Below, piece by piece: positions 51,564 to 64,000 of a stretch of DNA of 64,000 bases. The stretch spans positions 186,001 to 250,000 of the forward strand of contig RHPI01002656.1 in assembly GCA_009103225.1 (NCBI GenBank). The letters run 5' to 3'. The position numbers were made by a program, and so were the translations under genes. The notes beneath the pieces were generated by a model. The model was given only the letters and a program-made list of their open reading frames with translations. It did no database searches and had not been told where the DNA came from. How positions within the stretch are numbered: the stretch's first letter is position 1; every line of letters begins with the position of its first letter. Source of the DNA: Chlorokybus atmophyticus. Lineage: Eukaryota; Plantae; Mesostigma and Chlorokybus algae.

Positions 51564-52215
51564 CCGCGCTCGCAGTGAAGGCGTATCAAGGGAAATGCAG
51601 ATCTTTCAAGGCTGTGGTTGTCTCGTTCAAGTGTGTACATAAATTTGAAGTGCAATGCGCACTTTGCATCTGTTCTGAAGATAGGCTTGTGTGCGGATGT
51701 TGCGCGCGAAGGGGTCACAAACAATGTGTGCATGTTACATCACTAGCGCCATCAACTTGGACCATCTCGCAACTAAGCAATGGTGTGTTTCTTGATATAG
51801 AAGGTAACATGGTAGTGGAACAACAATGCTGGTGTGTCTTGCGATTGTGTAAAGACCTATAAAACTTAAAACGATAGAGTAAAAGATTCTAATACATGAT
51901 CAATGCACTTACTACAAAACGAAAGTGACCAATACATATGGTATGGGATATGCACGGGACTGTTTGGCATAGGCATGCATAGACATTCCGTTGTATACCA
52001 TGCAATCATTGACATAAATAGACAAGCAACAGCAAAACATTATTGGGCTACGATATATCACATGTCTCTACTCACTGCTCTCAAAACTCGCATTCTACCC
52101 AAAGGCTGCCTCGTTACACGTGTACATATGGTGTTTCGGTACGTATCAGGAAAGGTAGTGGTAGACTGGTTGCGGTAGTTGTCAATGCCCAAGCTATGCT
52201 TGTGTTTGCGTAACT

Positions 52216-54000
52216 TCAGGAAATAGAGCATAGCAAAACAGTGTTCGCGATGGTTATGGGAGATGTACGAAGGGTTGAATATGCGAATGCGTGTATGGGA
52301 GTGTATTTGAGGGCACGGATTGAGTCCGTCCCTTCAGAAATTCGGTAACAGCCCCAGAGGAGCCAGATACCGGGGTTTTGGAAATAGTTTTCAACCAGCA
52401 ATTGTCGCGTCTCGGTTTTACCTCATGAACTGCGACATTGCCCCAAGCGCAAAGATACCGTGACCATAGCTGTTCGGGCATTATGTACATGCTTACCCAG
52501 CCGCGACGCGACCCCGAAGTGCTGGCTTCCACGTCAGCACCTCGGCGCCGTCGATCACGCGCTGTCTGCACATCCTACGGTTCGCATGCGCTCCACACGT
52601 GACTGCCAAGTCAGGTTGCATGTACACCTCTGGTAGTGTCGGCGTCATCGTTGTCTTCGTCGTCGTCGTCGTCGTCGGTGGTGGCGGACGATGCAGAGCA
52701 GGCGTCCAAGCGTAGCTTTGACGTGTGTGTGCAACTATACACGGACCTGCTCAAATCTACTCTGGCGCTCGCATGCAGTATGCAGTGTGAAATTCACAAG
52801 AAGTTTTGATGGTGAGGTAGCGCACAGCACGAGTGCAGGGCGCTTGTAGGAGCTCTGGTTAAAAAGCTTCAGGTTTGAGGGCATGATAACCACATGGATA
52901 ACCAGCTACGCTTGACATCATTTGCGGATAGCTATCATGTGCATCTCAGCTGGACGGCTGACTTCAGGGGTAGTAGGCAGCCATTCTTCAGCAGGAGTTT
53001 GCTCAGCAATAGCGCTGCCTAAGTAAAGCTGCTTGCGAGGATGCTGCGCGGTGTTTTTACACATGTTCAAGTACTGCGAGTGCTATGTCAAGTAAACTGT
53101 GTCGTCAGTGGCTTACTGCTGGCTGGCTGCATGCTGTAGAGCCCAGCTGCTGCTTGACATGTGCGAGTCATTCCCGCCAAGCAAGCAGGTTGACAAGCCC
53201 CGCCCTTGCTGGGTTCGCTGCCTCATAAATCCACCTGATAACATCAATACGGCAAGTATACCTTTCTGTAGTGATGTGCTATCCTTCCTTTTTATGCGTC
53301 TTGATGAGCTTCAGTAGCTTGCTTGCCGGAAGACGCTTGTTCTCCGCAACTCACAGCATGTGTGCCTTCTTACACATTGTACACGTAGCTGGAAGTTGAA
53401 GTTAATGGTAACTTGTTTCACTCAGTTTTTCATTTGCTATCCTCACACATATATGATTGCGAGGTTGTAGCCATGTGCAATTGAAACAGCGGAAGCTGTT
53501 GTGGATCAGACGATGGCGTTGGAATGCCTTGCGATCATTTGATAATCCAGTGGAACTCCGTATTATTGTCAATGGACCCCTAGGCATCTCAAGGCCATTA
53601 TCTGGCCCACGAGACGCCGCCTGTTATCTGCTTGGCCGACATCCATTGGAGTGCCACAGATCACTCAGGCATTGCAAGGCCATCTTTGATCGACACCTTC
53701 CGCCATTTGGCTCATTTATTGTGGTCAGCAAGCAACTTTCGCTTCTGATTCGATGCGCATATCGCAGTGCATGTTGCTGTGCATGAAGTATCTCGGCTGG
53801 GCAGAAGCTGATGCTCGAGGGTAAGCAGTGCAACGCCTTGCGCCCCAGCTTTCGCACCGCCTGTAACCACTGCCAGAGCTGCATCCGAATGGTTGAGCTC
53901 CTCTATTTCCTACTAACTGACCTGCTCCTGGTGCATTATGTCCTCCACCACTTTAGCTTCCTCCACCTTGTAGTATACCTCTGATTATGGTACTCAGCAT
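52216..54000 (-). pseudogene. Unidentified decayed coding-like sequence
   Basis: Exon-like segments (RVIDGAEVLTWKPALRGRV; LLVENYFQNPGIWLLWGCYRISEG; acidic DDDDDDEDNDD) and a frame at 53400-53990 broken by many TGA/TAG stops. No family recognised. Confidence 0.3.
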
Positions 54001-54344
54001 GTGGTGTCAAGGTGTTAAGACGCAGTCGTGTCACATCAACATTCATCGCCGGTAAAGTCATGCCAAGTTGTTAATGTTTCACACTGTCATGTGTCATGCA
54101 ATAGCAGCACTGAGTTTTGTGCATGACCCTGCGTACCACCAGTCATGCATGTCAAAGGTCTTTGTGAAACTCCGCAACACTCAGTCACAAGCCTACGACA
54201 GTTTTCCTAGCCGCTGCCCCAGAAGCAGACGTTCATTCTTCTTTGTTTTGCAACGAGTCCAGCTATCCACAGCTATCCACAAACAATCACAAACTACAAT
54301 TGCAACAGGAATCTATCCAAAACAGCAATTGTTCGAAATAAATT

Positions 54345-57109
54345 CTAGGAAGCCTCTACGCGATGACGCAGTGGCTGCTGCTCTCTCTTTCTTTCATGCC
54401 CTCGCCGTGCGCCTCCACGAGCGCGTTGGCCTGGATGCTCTCCTCGATGCGTTGCACGATGTGCGCAAAGTGCGGCCGTCTGTCCGGCTCCGAATCCCAG
54501 CACTCCTTCATCAGACTGGACAAATCAAGAAAGCGTCAAGTTGCAGAGAGAAGCTGCCAATGGGGTTGACAATGGGCTGTAATACGAATGCACATGTGGA
54601 CTGCAATGCACACATGTTGTCGTGTGGGGCGTGCCGTATGGGGCACACTGTGCCTACTGTGCTAGTATGTGCTAGTTCGCTGAACTTTATGCCTACTTGC
54701 AACACATCCAACATGTATGCTACACCTTACAACACGCACATGTTATGCGTGCAGCGGAGTGTGACCAGCAACTGGACACCAGCATCCAACAGCGTGCATG
54801 CGTTGTGCGTAGTGCTCACGTTGGTGCATGCAATCGTGTGTGCTTGCTTGGGTGCACACGTAAACTTACTCGAGCGCGCCGCGGGGGTAAAGGTTCTCGG
54901 TGATGTTGGGGCGTGCACCGGCGTACGCAGCATTGGCAGCCATGGCCTCCGCGGCGCCTGCCTGAGGGTTGTACAGGCTGCCAACCCTCACACCCTCAAA
55001 GATCTGCTCCAATAGGAGTCAAGGTGTGAGATGATGCGCATGCGAGTGTGGGCACATGTGGGTGTGGATGTGGGTGTGGGTGTGGGTGTGGGTGTGGGTG
55101 TGGGTGTGTCGGTGCTTGTGTGGATGTACGTGCGTGTTGAGATGTGCACGTGTGCATGTGTCTGCGTGTAAAGCATTAGCTGGACATCACTTGTGCGCAC
55201 CTCATTCATGACGATGGCAAAGGAGTACACATCTGCCTTGCTTGTGTAGTGTTCATGCTTGAACACCTCAGGCGCCATCGTCCAATCTGCATCCACAGAG
55301 TCACAAACACATCACACGATGTCCTCTCACTCACATGTAAAACAATCCTACATCGGTCGGGGTCGGGCGTGCCGCGGAACAGGTAGTGCTTGATCCTCTC
55401 TGTAACCTTCTCGTGGCCGTCACCATTGCTGGTGCCATCGTCCTCGTGGTGGAACTGCACAAGCCGGCTGAGACCGTAGTCCGACACCGCCAGCTGGCCG
55501 CCCGGCATCACTAATATGTTCCTGCAGATACATGTTGAGAGGGACACGCACACACGGGGGGTACACACACACACACGCACACACACATGTATGCGTGTGT
55601 CTTTCTGTTCGCATGCGCACAGATACACACATACATACACGAGCGTGCATGCGCACATACTTGATGACTTTTATCACTGTGGTGGTTTCATCATCACACA
55701 GAGATCAAAGTTACGCGTGGACGCACTTACTCTGCTTTGAGGTGGCGATGGATGATGGGTTGGGGCGGCTGAGAGTGTAGAAACAGCATGCCGCTGCACA
55801 ACATCAAGCGCCAGATCAATCACTCAATTCGAATCAGTCTATCAATGGTCATCAGCAACAGTCCTGCACTTGCCGTGCGATGTCGAGCAGCAGCGCTAGC
55901 TTCTTGTTCTTCGACATGTGGAAATGCGTGGGCACCGACCTGTGCCCAACATGCGCCTGCACACACATAACAAGACCCAATTGCTTTACAAGCACATGCT
56001 GATTGAAGTCTAGCCCCGCTTCGCATTCACGTACACGTGCAGGCGTTGCCACTCACTCATTCTACCAGTCATTGCCAACAACTCTTCTAGCAGCGAACAA
56101 CATTATTATGCGACAACATTGTGTACCACAATGTTATTGCATAATGGCACACAATGTTGTTGCTCACGCCACACGCTTACGCTGTCAAGGAAGGGCGTGA
56201 CTGTGGATAGGAATCCCGGTGCGGAGCAGACGGCCAGCACGGGCACCACGTTGGGGTGACTCAGGCCCTGAAGCCGCTGCGTCTGCTCCTTGAATACATC
56301 ACTGCGCAAGAAAGGAAGTGCATCACTGATGCTGCTTGCGTGGTGATCTGTTGAGGGCAAGGCCTCCGTGTCCTCCCTGTCTGTGCGCATGCTGTGAATG
56401 TGCGTGTGCGTGTGCAAGCGCTCAAATCGTGTGCGCATGCGCGCGGGTGCACATGCGTGTGCGTGCGCACGTGCGCGTGCACACTTGCATGTATGCTCAC
56501 ATGTGCGTGCATGCTGTTGTCCTTACTAGGCTTTGATGTTGTCTTGAATGTCTTTGTGCAGCCGCTTCACCGCCACAGTCATGCCCCTCCACTCCGTCTT
56601 GTACACCTCACCCAACACACCCTTAAGAAACAAAGGCAAGATGCATTATTTCATCAGCAATAGAGACTCAACCCATGGCAGAAACTGCATTGGAAAGTAA
56701 GCAGGAACCTTTAGTCATCCCTTCATTACCGATCCAACTTTTTTCAAGCTTGCCCAGTCGATCTCATACGGGTCCATCTCCCAGGGGACATCAGGCCTCT
56801 GCACATTATGATGGCAGTGACGTGATCCGTGATGATGCTACTGTACACACACGCCCACCCATGCACGCACAATCTAAATCACATGCGTATGCGCTTGCAC
56901 GCACTTGTGCACGCATATGCACACACGCACGTACGCGCGCGTGCACGCATGCAAGCCACGCATTGACTAGTACATGTTGTTCTATTGTTGTTGCTATTAT
57001 CATGTAAGGAACTCACCTCTTCCTGCAAGAAGCCTGAGCCTAGCCGTTCAGGGCCTTTCAAATGGGGGTTCAGGGTGGAAGCCGCGCGGGCCCTCTCCCC
57101 ACGCTCCAT
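54345..57109 (-). CDS. Raf-like (TKL) protein kinase, probable pseudokinase (HRD replaced by HRH)
   Basis: PWEMDPYEIDWASLKKVGS|GVLGEVYKTEWRGMTVAVKRL; LSHPNVV; IIHRHLKAE|NILV; SDYGLSR; MAPEVFKHEHYTSKADVYSFAIVMNE; LMKECWDSEPDRRPHF. Stop TAG at 54345-47. Start uncertain. Confidence 0.87.
55060..55110. repeat. (GGTGTG)n hexamer microsatellite in a kinase intron
   Basis: gtgggtgtggatgtgggtgtgggtgtgggtgtgggtgtgggtgtgggtgtg. Confidence 0.85.
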
Positions 57110-58950
57110 ACTTGGAGATGAGAACGCCTGTTTTGTCCTTCAATACTCAGCCACCGTTGTCAATCTGCAAGCAGAAAGCCAAAAAAAGTGAGACTTGCTT
57201 AAGCCTTCTGGCTGCACTGTCACTGAGTGCATAGCAAAAGGTGTGTTGATCAACACTGCATGTGAAGCACAATGGCCTCTGCGCGCATGCGGTTGACTTG
57301 AGTTGCAAGAAGGTGACAACTGCATGCGTGAGCGCATATACTCATGCATGCGGGCGTGCACCTCGAGAGCAAATGTGTGAGACATATCACGGGCTGATAC
57401 CAATACCATCATATTACCATTACCATAAGGGTGTATTAGAATGTTCTAATGAAGGGTATCAAAGGGTAACACTTTGCATGCCGTTTGCACTGCATGGTCT
57501 CATACTTGTGCTGCATTGGCACCATTGTGTGAGCGAGCAACAAGTGGCGCACTTCACCTCGGTGCCAAGCCAGCCTGAGCGGTGTTGTTCTCTCACTCTT
57601 CACTTGACATGCATGCGCAACACACATTCATGTCAAAACAGGTCTCCTGTGCCTGTTGTCTAGCAATGCTTGCGGTGAAGTGGCACAATGCATGCGAAAC
57701 ATGTCACAGCGACATGCAGTCTCTCATTCTCTGCGTTGATGTAAGATCCCGAGGCGCTGCTAATCGCCAATCAAATGCTAACAGTCAATGTGCTTCAAGC
57801 GTACCGCAACGTCTTCAACCCTGCCGTCGCCGCCGCCGCCGCCGCCGCCGTGCAGGCTGTTGACGGTGCGCCACGTGCCGGCTCAGCGCTTACGCTTGCG
57901 TCCAGCGTTGATCGCTGGACTGGCTATGAATATTAATTAATATTTCGCTTTGCGGGTGCTGATGTGGCGATATCAATCCAGCAACAGCTGCAATGGGCGA
58001 TGGATATCGAGATGGATATTCAGATCCATGATGATCAACGCTCTAAGCCCAGCCAACGTGTTAAAACAACTCCATGATAGATGCATTTGTTGGGGTTATC
58101 AATCACACAGACAGGGTGCAAGCAATGGCTGTTTTGCAAATTGTTGTAGTATAATGCCATTAAGGTCGGCACATGCACATTTGCAATAGTTAACAGCAAA
58201 AAATTGTATGTGTTGTGTTTAATACAAACACCATCGGCGGGGGGAGGGGGGGGCTCCGGATTATCCGGGTCCATAAGAGAACTTTGATTAATTTTGTAGC
58301 AAGGGAGGGCAAGAGGGTAGTTGAAAGAGAGAGGTTAATCTGCTAGCACCGCGCAAAACAATGTTTACAATGTTGCCATTGTTACCGCTATGGTACTTAG
58401 TCTACGCTTATGACCAGTGGGTATTCATTAGATATATACATCCCACCATTTATATATGGCCTTAACCGGGGGGCAGGGGGGGGGGGGGGTGTTAACCGGG
58501 TCCACAACAAAATTGTTATGGTTTCACAGCAAAGGAGGGCAAGGGGGTGGTTGAATGAGGTAGCGGCTTGCTAGCATTACGCAACATCATGTTTGAAATG
58601 TTGCCGTTGTTGCTGCGATGTTGTATTTTATATGTCAGCTTATGACCCAACGGGTATTCAGTTGATTATAAGCCGCACCATTTCATAAGGCCTTGGCCAT
58701 CTGGCAATAACGGACTGCATTCCTCTATAGCCTTGATCATTTAACGAGTTTAAAAAACAATAAAAATGCACCTTACGCAACAATACTTCAATTTTACATG
58801 GTTTTATGGTTTAATAAAAAGCATTGAACTCGACCTGTCAATACATTCAACAATTGATCGATAAGCAAATGTTAACAAGTTGTAAACTATCTTATGTATG
58901 GTCAGCATATGGTAAAATAAAGGGGCTAAACCACAAGAATGCAACCAATA

Positions 58951-60540
58951 CGTCGCAAAATGTTTCCCCTGCCGGCCGACTGAATATTAGCAACGGCCGT
59001 GCACCTGAGGATACTCATTTTTACTGTTGACCCTCAGTCTACCGGCGATCTCGATGAAGAAACCTGAGCATAACGGCCGTCACCATTGATTGTCGGCCAT
59101 CTGCATAAAGGGACTCACCCTAATCAATAGGTACCTGTCAGGTACTCAACAGCTAAGCAAAGGGGACTTGACCTAACCAACAGGTAACTGACCGGTACCT
59201 ATCAGTTAGGTACCGGCGACCGTATGCTAACTGAGCGAAATTGTCAGGTACCTTAAGGTACATACCGTTAATGATGTGTACCTTTAAAAGTACCTGCTGG
59301 TACCGCTCAGTCATGATTAGGTGTCACACGTGATTGTTGTCATCAGCTGTGCAAGAATGCGTGACAAATAATAAAAAACAAATAAACAAATAAATAAATT
59401 ACAATGTAATATATTAAGCTACTACTACTACTGCTAGTACAACTAGACTACCACTACTGCTACCACTACCACTACTGCTACTACTACCTTAGGTACTACT
59501 GCTAGTTCTACCTTTGTACTGAGATGCGGCTCTTGCACCGCCCGCTTCAGCTCCGCCGCCGCTGCCGCCGCCTGGCCAAGTCTGGCCTAGCCTGGCCTGG
59601 TCTGGCCTAGCCGGGCCTGGCCAAGCCGCCCTAAGGCAGGGAGGGTGGTTGGATGGCATGCGGTGTTGCGCGCAGTACAACATCAGATAGCAACCAAGCT
59701 CACCTACTGTTAGCCGTTGCCGCCGCCGCCGCCGCCGTCAACATCGCCGCGTTCAACTTGAAGCCGTTGAGCGTTTGAATAACTTGGGCAGCCCAAGTTA
59801 TTGAAACGCGTTGTCGAAACGTGACTTGCAACGGCATTATCGTATTATTATAATCGTACGAAAGTACCATTGTCGCAATGGCACTATCGTACCATACTAA
59901 TGGTACGATAGTGCCATTGCGACAATGGTACTTTCGTACCATTGACATAATACGGCGGCGGCATTGTACCAGCGTCTCGAATTGCCGACCTTTAAGGACC
60001 GACGGTCACTTGGTTATCATACCTAACGCGGCGGCGACCTACTTATTGTGTGTCAAGTGCACGATCGGCGATCGGCCGTCACTTAATAAACGCGGTAAGG
60101 TCCCCTGATAAGGACTAACTGTCATGAATTGGGATAAGTTGTGACAGACCTCACTCATGGTCGTGTCTTTTACTACCATAGCCTAGTGGTCGGGCCTCAA
60201 TTGTTACACTAACGGTGACTGGCTTGCTAAAGTAGGCAGGCCGTCGCGCATACTTTTCGACGGTACGACCGACGGTCGGCCGTCACTGTATGTGACCAAA
60301 CGTGACTTATATGCTATATAGATAGGTCGCCATCGCACAAATGGGACGACCGACAATCGGCCGTCACCTTAAAGTGCGGTGTTGCCATCACAGGTAGGCC
60401 GCCATCAATATATGTGCTTGATAGTAACGGCTCCAAAAGTCCCTTTATGGACCAATCCGTTACGTCAGGTAGGGTAAGGTAGGGTCAGGCACCCGTCAGT
60501 CCCTCCGTCCCTTGTCAGTCTTCGTGTGAAATTTGCAACG
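58951..60540. mobile_element. 1,590-bp non-autonomous member of the Plavaka-type family
   Basis: Starts cgtcgcaaaatgtttcccctgccggccgactgaatattagcaacggccgtgcacctgagg (close match to 14411-14470) and ends gtcagtccctccgtcccttgtcagtcttcgtgtgaaatttgcaacg (like 26805-26851). Flanked by TA on both sides (58949-50 and 60541-42). No coding capacity seen. Confidence 0.88.
59856..59939. repeat. Perfect 40-bp-stem hairpin with 4-nt loop, built from GTACCAT motifs
   Basis: gtacgaaagtaccattgtcgcaatggcactatcgtaccat-acta-atggtacgatagtgccattgcgacaatggtactttcgtac. Confidence 0.95.
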
Positions 60541-61669
60541 TAAACAACTAATAAACATGTCCATATAAGCATGCCGCAAGCACGGCCACAAATGGAATTA
60601 AACTATCGGGATAAGGCCTATGTGCGTGCAGGAAGGCAGGGCAACAGGCAGTGGCAGATGAGGTAGACCCTGCTAACTTACTGCAGAATGGCAAAGAGAG
60701 GCAAAGGCTGATCTTACAGCGACGCTGACAGGTAGGTACAAACTTTGTACCTACCTCTTGAAGACGATCACGACGACGACGACAATGTCAACAACGATGA
60801 TAAGAGCGCTAAGCCTCACCGCCAACCAACATGAGAGGAAGTCAAGTGCAGTCAAATGCAGCTGTGCTTGATGCAAAGCACACCTTAAGCAACATCGTTT
60901 TTAAATTGATAGTTAACGTGCATTGTACATTAGTAAACCCCTCACACGCATGCAGACGTGTGGCAGGTACTACGGCAATGCTTGCCACTGTGGGGGTTGC
61001 ATGTTAGGGTAGTGAAGTTAGAGGTAGCATATAAGTGTAGCCCGGCGGCGTTGAATGCAAGGTTGATAAGTATGCATGCTGTTGGAACTGACATGAGTGC
61101 ATGCATGTGTGCAGCATAGCAACATCATGCAACAGAGTGCGCATGCAATGATATGCTAGCAAGCATAGCTGCCTACCTAATACACATGCTAGTAACATGC
61201 AATTGTTATATGGTATCAGTAATAGCAACAACAAGCGGGCAGCATGGCATGATTGGATGCAAGACGTGGTTGTACTAAAAGGATTACCTAGCCGGATTGC
61301 AGCAAAGACAGATGATGCAGGCCTGCATATGTTCCATCATTGCAACCTTAATGAACGCATGCACAATATGCTGCAAAGATGTGTGTATTGGGTAGGCAGC
61401 TACGCATGCTACCTTTGTGCGGGTAGTTTGGCAGATCTATCCTAGCTGCAACTCGCCTGCTCCAGTGCCTACAACTTGCACGCACATATGTAGCAGCCCC
61501 CTAAATGTAGCTAGCTAGCTAAGTGCTTTGCTTGTTGTGGTGTGTTTGTTCCTTTCACTGTTGTTGTCTTGCTGCTGGAGATTGTTGCTTTTGGCCCCTG
61601 TGCTACACCCTATGCTAGCATATCATTGCTGTACACATGTTGACAAAGCACAGAATACATGCATATTCT

Positions 61670-62909
61670 CGCAGCGCAGTCCGTTTGGTCCCGTAGTCCA
61701 CCCCCTTACGAATGACGCAAACTCCACCGTATTGCTGTACAGCCCGAAACACATTTCACCCACCACTTCCACCTCTTGCCATGGCTTGCAACACAACAAT
61801 CCCAAGTGATGAGCATCCCACACACGCACCTGGCAAAAAGATTTCCATTAATGGCATGCATGGCAAGTATCCTACTGCACACTTGGCTGACTGTTGGAAT
61901 ACTCATGCTAGTTTTTGCAAAGTACGTTACAAAACCGTTGCCCGTGTGGATGGTGACGACATGGGTGGCGTCTATTTGGATATGCAGAACCAAGGAGCGG
62001 GGGATGGCAGGGACAGTGTTGGTGAGGAGATGGCCCAAGGGTACGTCTCAAAGGTGCATTGCGCCCGTGCCATCGCATGCAACCAAGCGGTCTTTGTGCC
62101 CTATTAACCGCACTGGGGGCAAGTTGGGATCCCGCCAGCTGTGCAACTTGTGCAGATGAACACCCGCCACCCAATGGCCTTCACCTAAGCAATATTGTAT
62201 TGGTTGTGTCTTTACACTTGCATGTTGTGCTTGGTGTTTGCTTATGCTGCCCTTGAGGCGACCACTGTGTTGTTCGAAACCGCTCATGTTGCCAGTAGCG
62301 TCGGGTGTGCACCTCTCTCACGTACGCTTCGGCCCAGCTGGATGCGTTGTTCTTCGTTATGCTCTCACGCTCGCAAAGCTTGTGCCACAATGCTTCTTAG
62401 AACATGCTGTTGCTGCAGCTTATTGCCACGACCTTACGAGGAGAAGGCATCTCATTGACAAGTAATAGATGCAACTGCAAAGCCTGTTGCTGTGTGTGTA
62501 TGCTCAGCTATGACACGCAGCTGCTGCCACGTTTTAGCAAGCCCTGCAGCAAGTGCAATTGGCATAACCGCGGCAACATGCGCTTGTGCTGAAGCCATTT
62601 GACTTGCTCATCTGCACAAGATTTAACCCATGTGCACAACATGCGTTTTCAACAGGCAGTGTGTGGCTTACACGAGTCTAGCTTATGCATGCACTTGAGC
62701 CAGAAGCATGCAAGTTGGGGAGCGATAGGCAAATGGAGCCATTTAACATGCTAAGCAGATTGTTCGTCGCTTGACTAGCAACTATCGTACCTGCAGACGG
62801 TGGCAGCAACACTTGCAGCCATGCAGCCAGCAGCTGCTAGCACGCGCACAAGCGCCAGTGCTGGGAGGTTCGCCCAGTCTGCTTTTGGAGCGGTTGAGCG
62901 TGTATGCAT
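61670..62909 (-). pseudogene. F-box/WD40-like copy 4, inverted, internally deleted and truncated
   Basis: MHTRSTAPKADWANLPALALVRVLAAAG...ATVCR; LWHKLCERE...WQHERFRTTQWSPQG; GEGHWVAGVHLHKLHSWRDP (deletion); in-frame stop after GTGAMHL; VRVWDAHHLG...; 3' exons absent. Confidence 0.82.
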
Positions 62910-63017
62910 GATGCAGCAGCCTAAGCTACATTTGATTCTTCTGTCTCTAAGCGCTTAGTGGTCTCTGTCTCATTCTGCACTTGTAAACAGTGGCACGTTT
63001 ACACACGTCACTTCCAG

Positions 63018-63179
63018 TAGCTTTCATAAACACCCCCTACTAGTAGTAGAATAACCCCCCTCATTAATTGGGCGGGGGGCTGTATTAAACCTTATCAGAG
63101 CCCCCCCCCCCCNGCTTTCATAAACACCCCCTACTAGTAGTAGAATAACCCCCCTCATTAATTGGGGGGGGGGCTCTGA
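63018..63179. repeat. Short direct duplication with poly-C/poly-G inverted ends (MITE-like or assembly join)
   Basis: ctttcataaacaccccctactagtagtagaataacccccctcattaattggg occurs twice. The second copy is bracketed by tcagagccccc...gggggctctga, with an N at the junction. Confidence 0.55.
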
Positions 63180-64000
63180 CCGGGTAAATACGGTAGTGCT
63201 TGCAATATAGACATTGCAGTTGTGATGTTAATGCAATATTGTGTAACTACATCGCAGACAACCAATGTACTGTCTAACACATACGACTAGGCCGAACACA
63301 GTCATTTGCTCGCCATCACTACTCAAAAAGTGATACTGACTATAGGCCCCCACTCCTTTTGCTTGAAGGGGTGTCGTGCCTTTGAACTTTGTTTCATGCT
63401 GCATGGCACACCATATATGTCACGGTGTTGACCCTCAACGTGCACTTTCCTCTGGCACCCCATAACACACCAGTGTTGCCCTATTGACATCGGGTCGATC
63501 AATCTGTGTTCAACCTACTGGCTTCAAAGCCCCGCCAATTAAACGCAATCCTTATATCGGGGGGCCGCGTGACAGCCGACTGCCAGCACTGGCCTCCACC
63601 AATGGGGACGCAGTCCCCATGGCAACGAGCCTCGCTGTCAGTCCACCTAGGCAACTCCCGCCGGAAGCATCGACAATGAGTTGCAAGTAGACGAATTGGA
63701 GCAGAAGCGGCGGTGACACTGCTTGAGACTGACCATTTGGCCCACGTTGGGGCCGATAAGCGTCTAAGGCTCAGCGAAGTAGAACCCCCGCAAGTAGTTT
63801 AGCAATAGTTGTGTATATGTTGTTAAAAACATACCAGCTGCTCTAATTGACCGTTGTTCATCCTCGGACTCGCCTTGCTTGTACACTTGTAAGTGTACAC
63901 TCTTGCTCTCATGCTTGGCCCTCGCATTTGCTACCTGCACACTGCAGCATACTTACCCTGCAGGGCTTGCTCGCACTCCACTCACTGCTCAGTTGTGACC

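Noticed and set aside
55200-57700. Many Cys/His/Val-rich ORFs in the supplied track here and elsewhere
   Set aside because: They are translations of (CA)n/(TG)n-rich introns and antisense frames, not proteins.
63018-63179. Active MITE with poly-C/poly-G ends
   Set aside because: An N sits exactly at the duplication junction and no target duplication is evident, so an assembly join is equally likely.

Overview
Eukaryotic nuclear DNA with intron-rich genes (GT/GC-AG), most likely from a green alga or early streptophyte, judged from a plastid transit peptide, a KAI2/D14-family hydrolase and plant-type kelch and Raf-like genes. The left arm holds a head-to-head pair of type II peroxiredoxins and a DDX27/DRS1 DEAD-box helicase. 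The centre (about 13-31 kb) is a nested transposon block. A decayed, intron-containing Helitron (HUH Rep plus PIF1) is interrupted inside its helicase ORF by a 12,441-bp element with short CGTCGCAA terminal inverted repeats and a 2-bp target duplication. That element encodes a Plavaka (CMC/EnSpm-like) transposase and about five cargo genes: ZnF-OTU protease, RING protein, ZnF-Tudor protein running into a truncated C5-cytosine methyltransferase motif I, and two unknowns. An orphan right end of the same family lies at 30,054-30,960, and a 1,590-bp non-autonomous relative at 58,951-60,540. The right arm holds an F-box/WD40-like family (one apparently intact copy, three disabled), the KAI2/D14-like hydrolase, a kelch-repeat gene and a Raf-like kinase lacking the catalytic Asp. 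All calls come from manual reading and motif recall; no database searches were run, and exon boundaries are hand-inferred.
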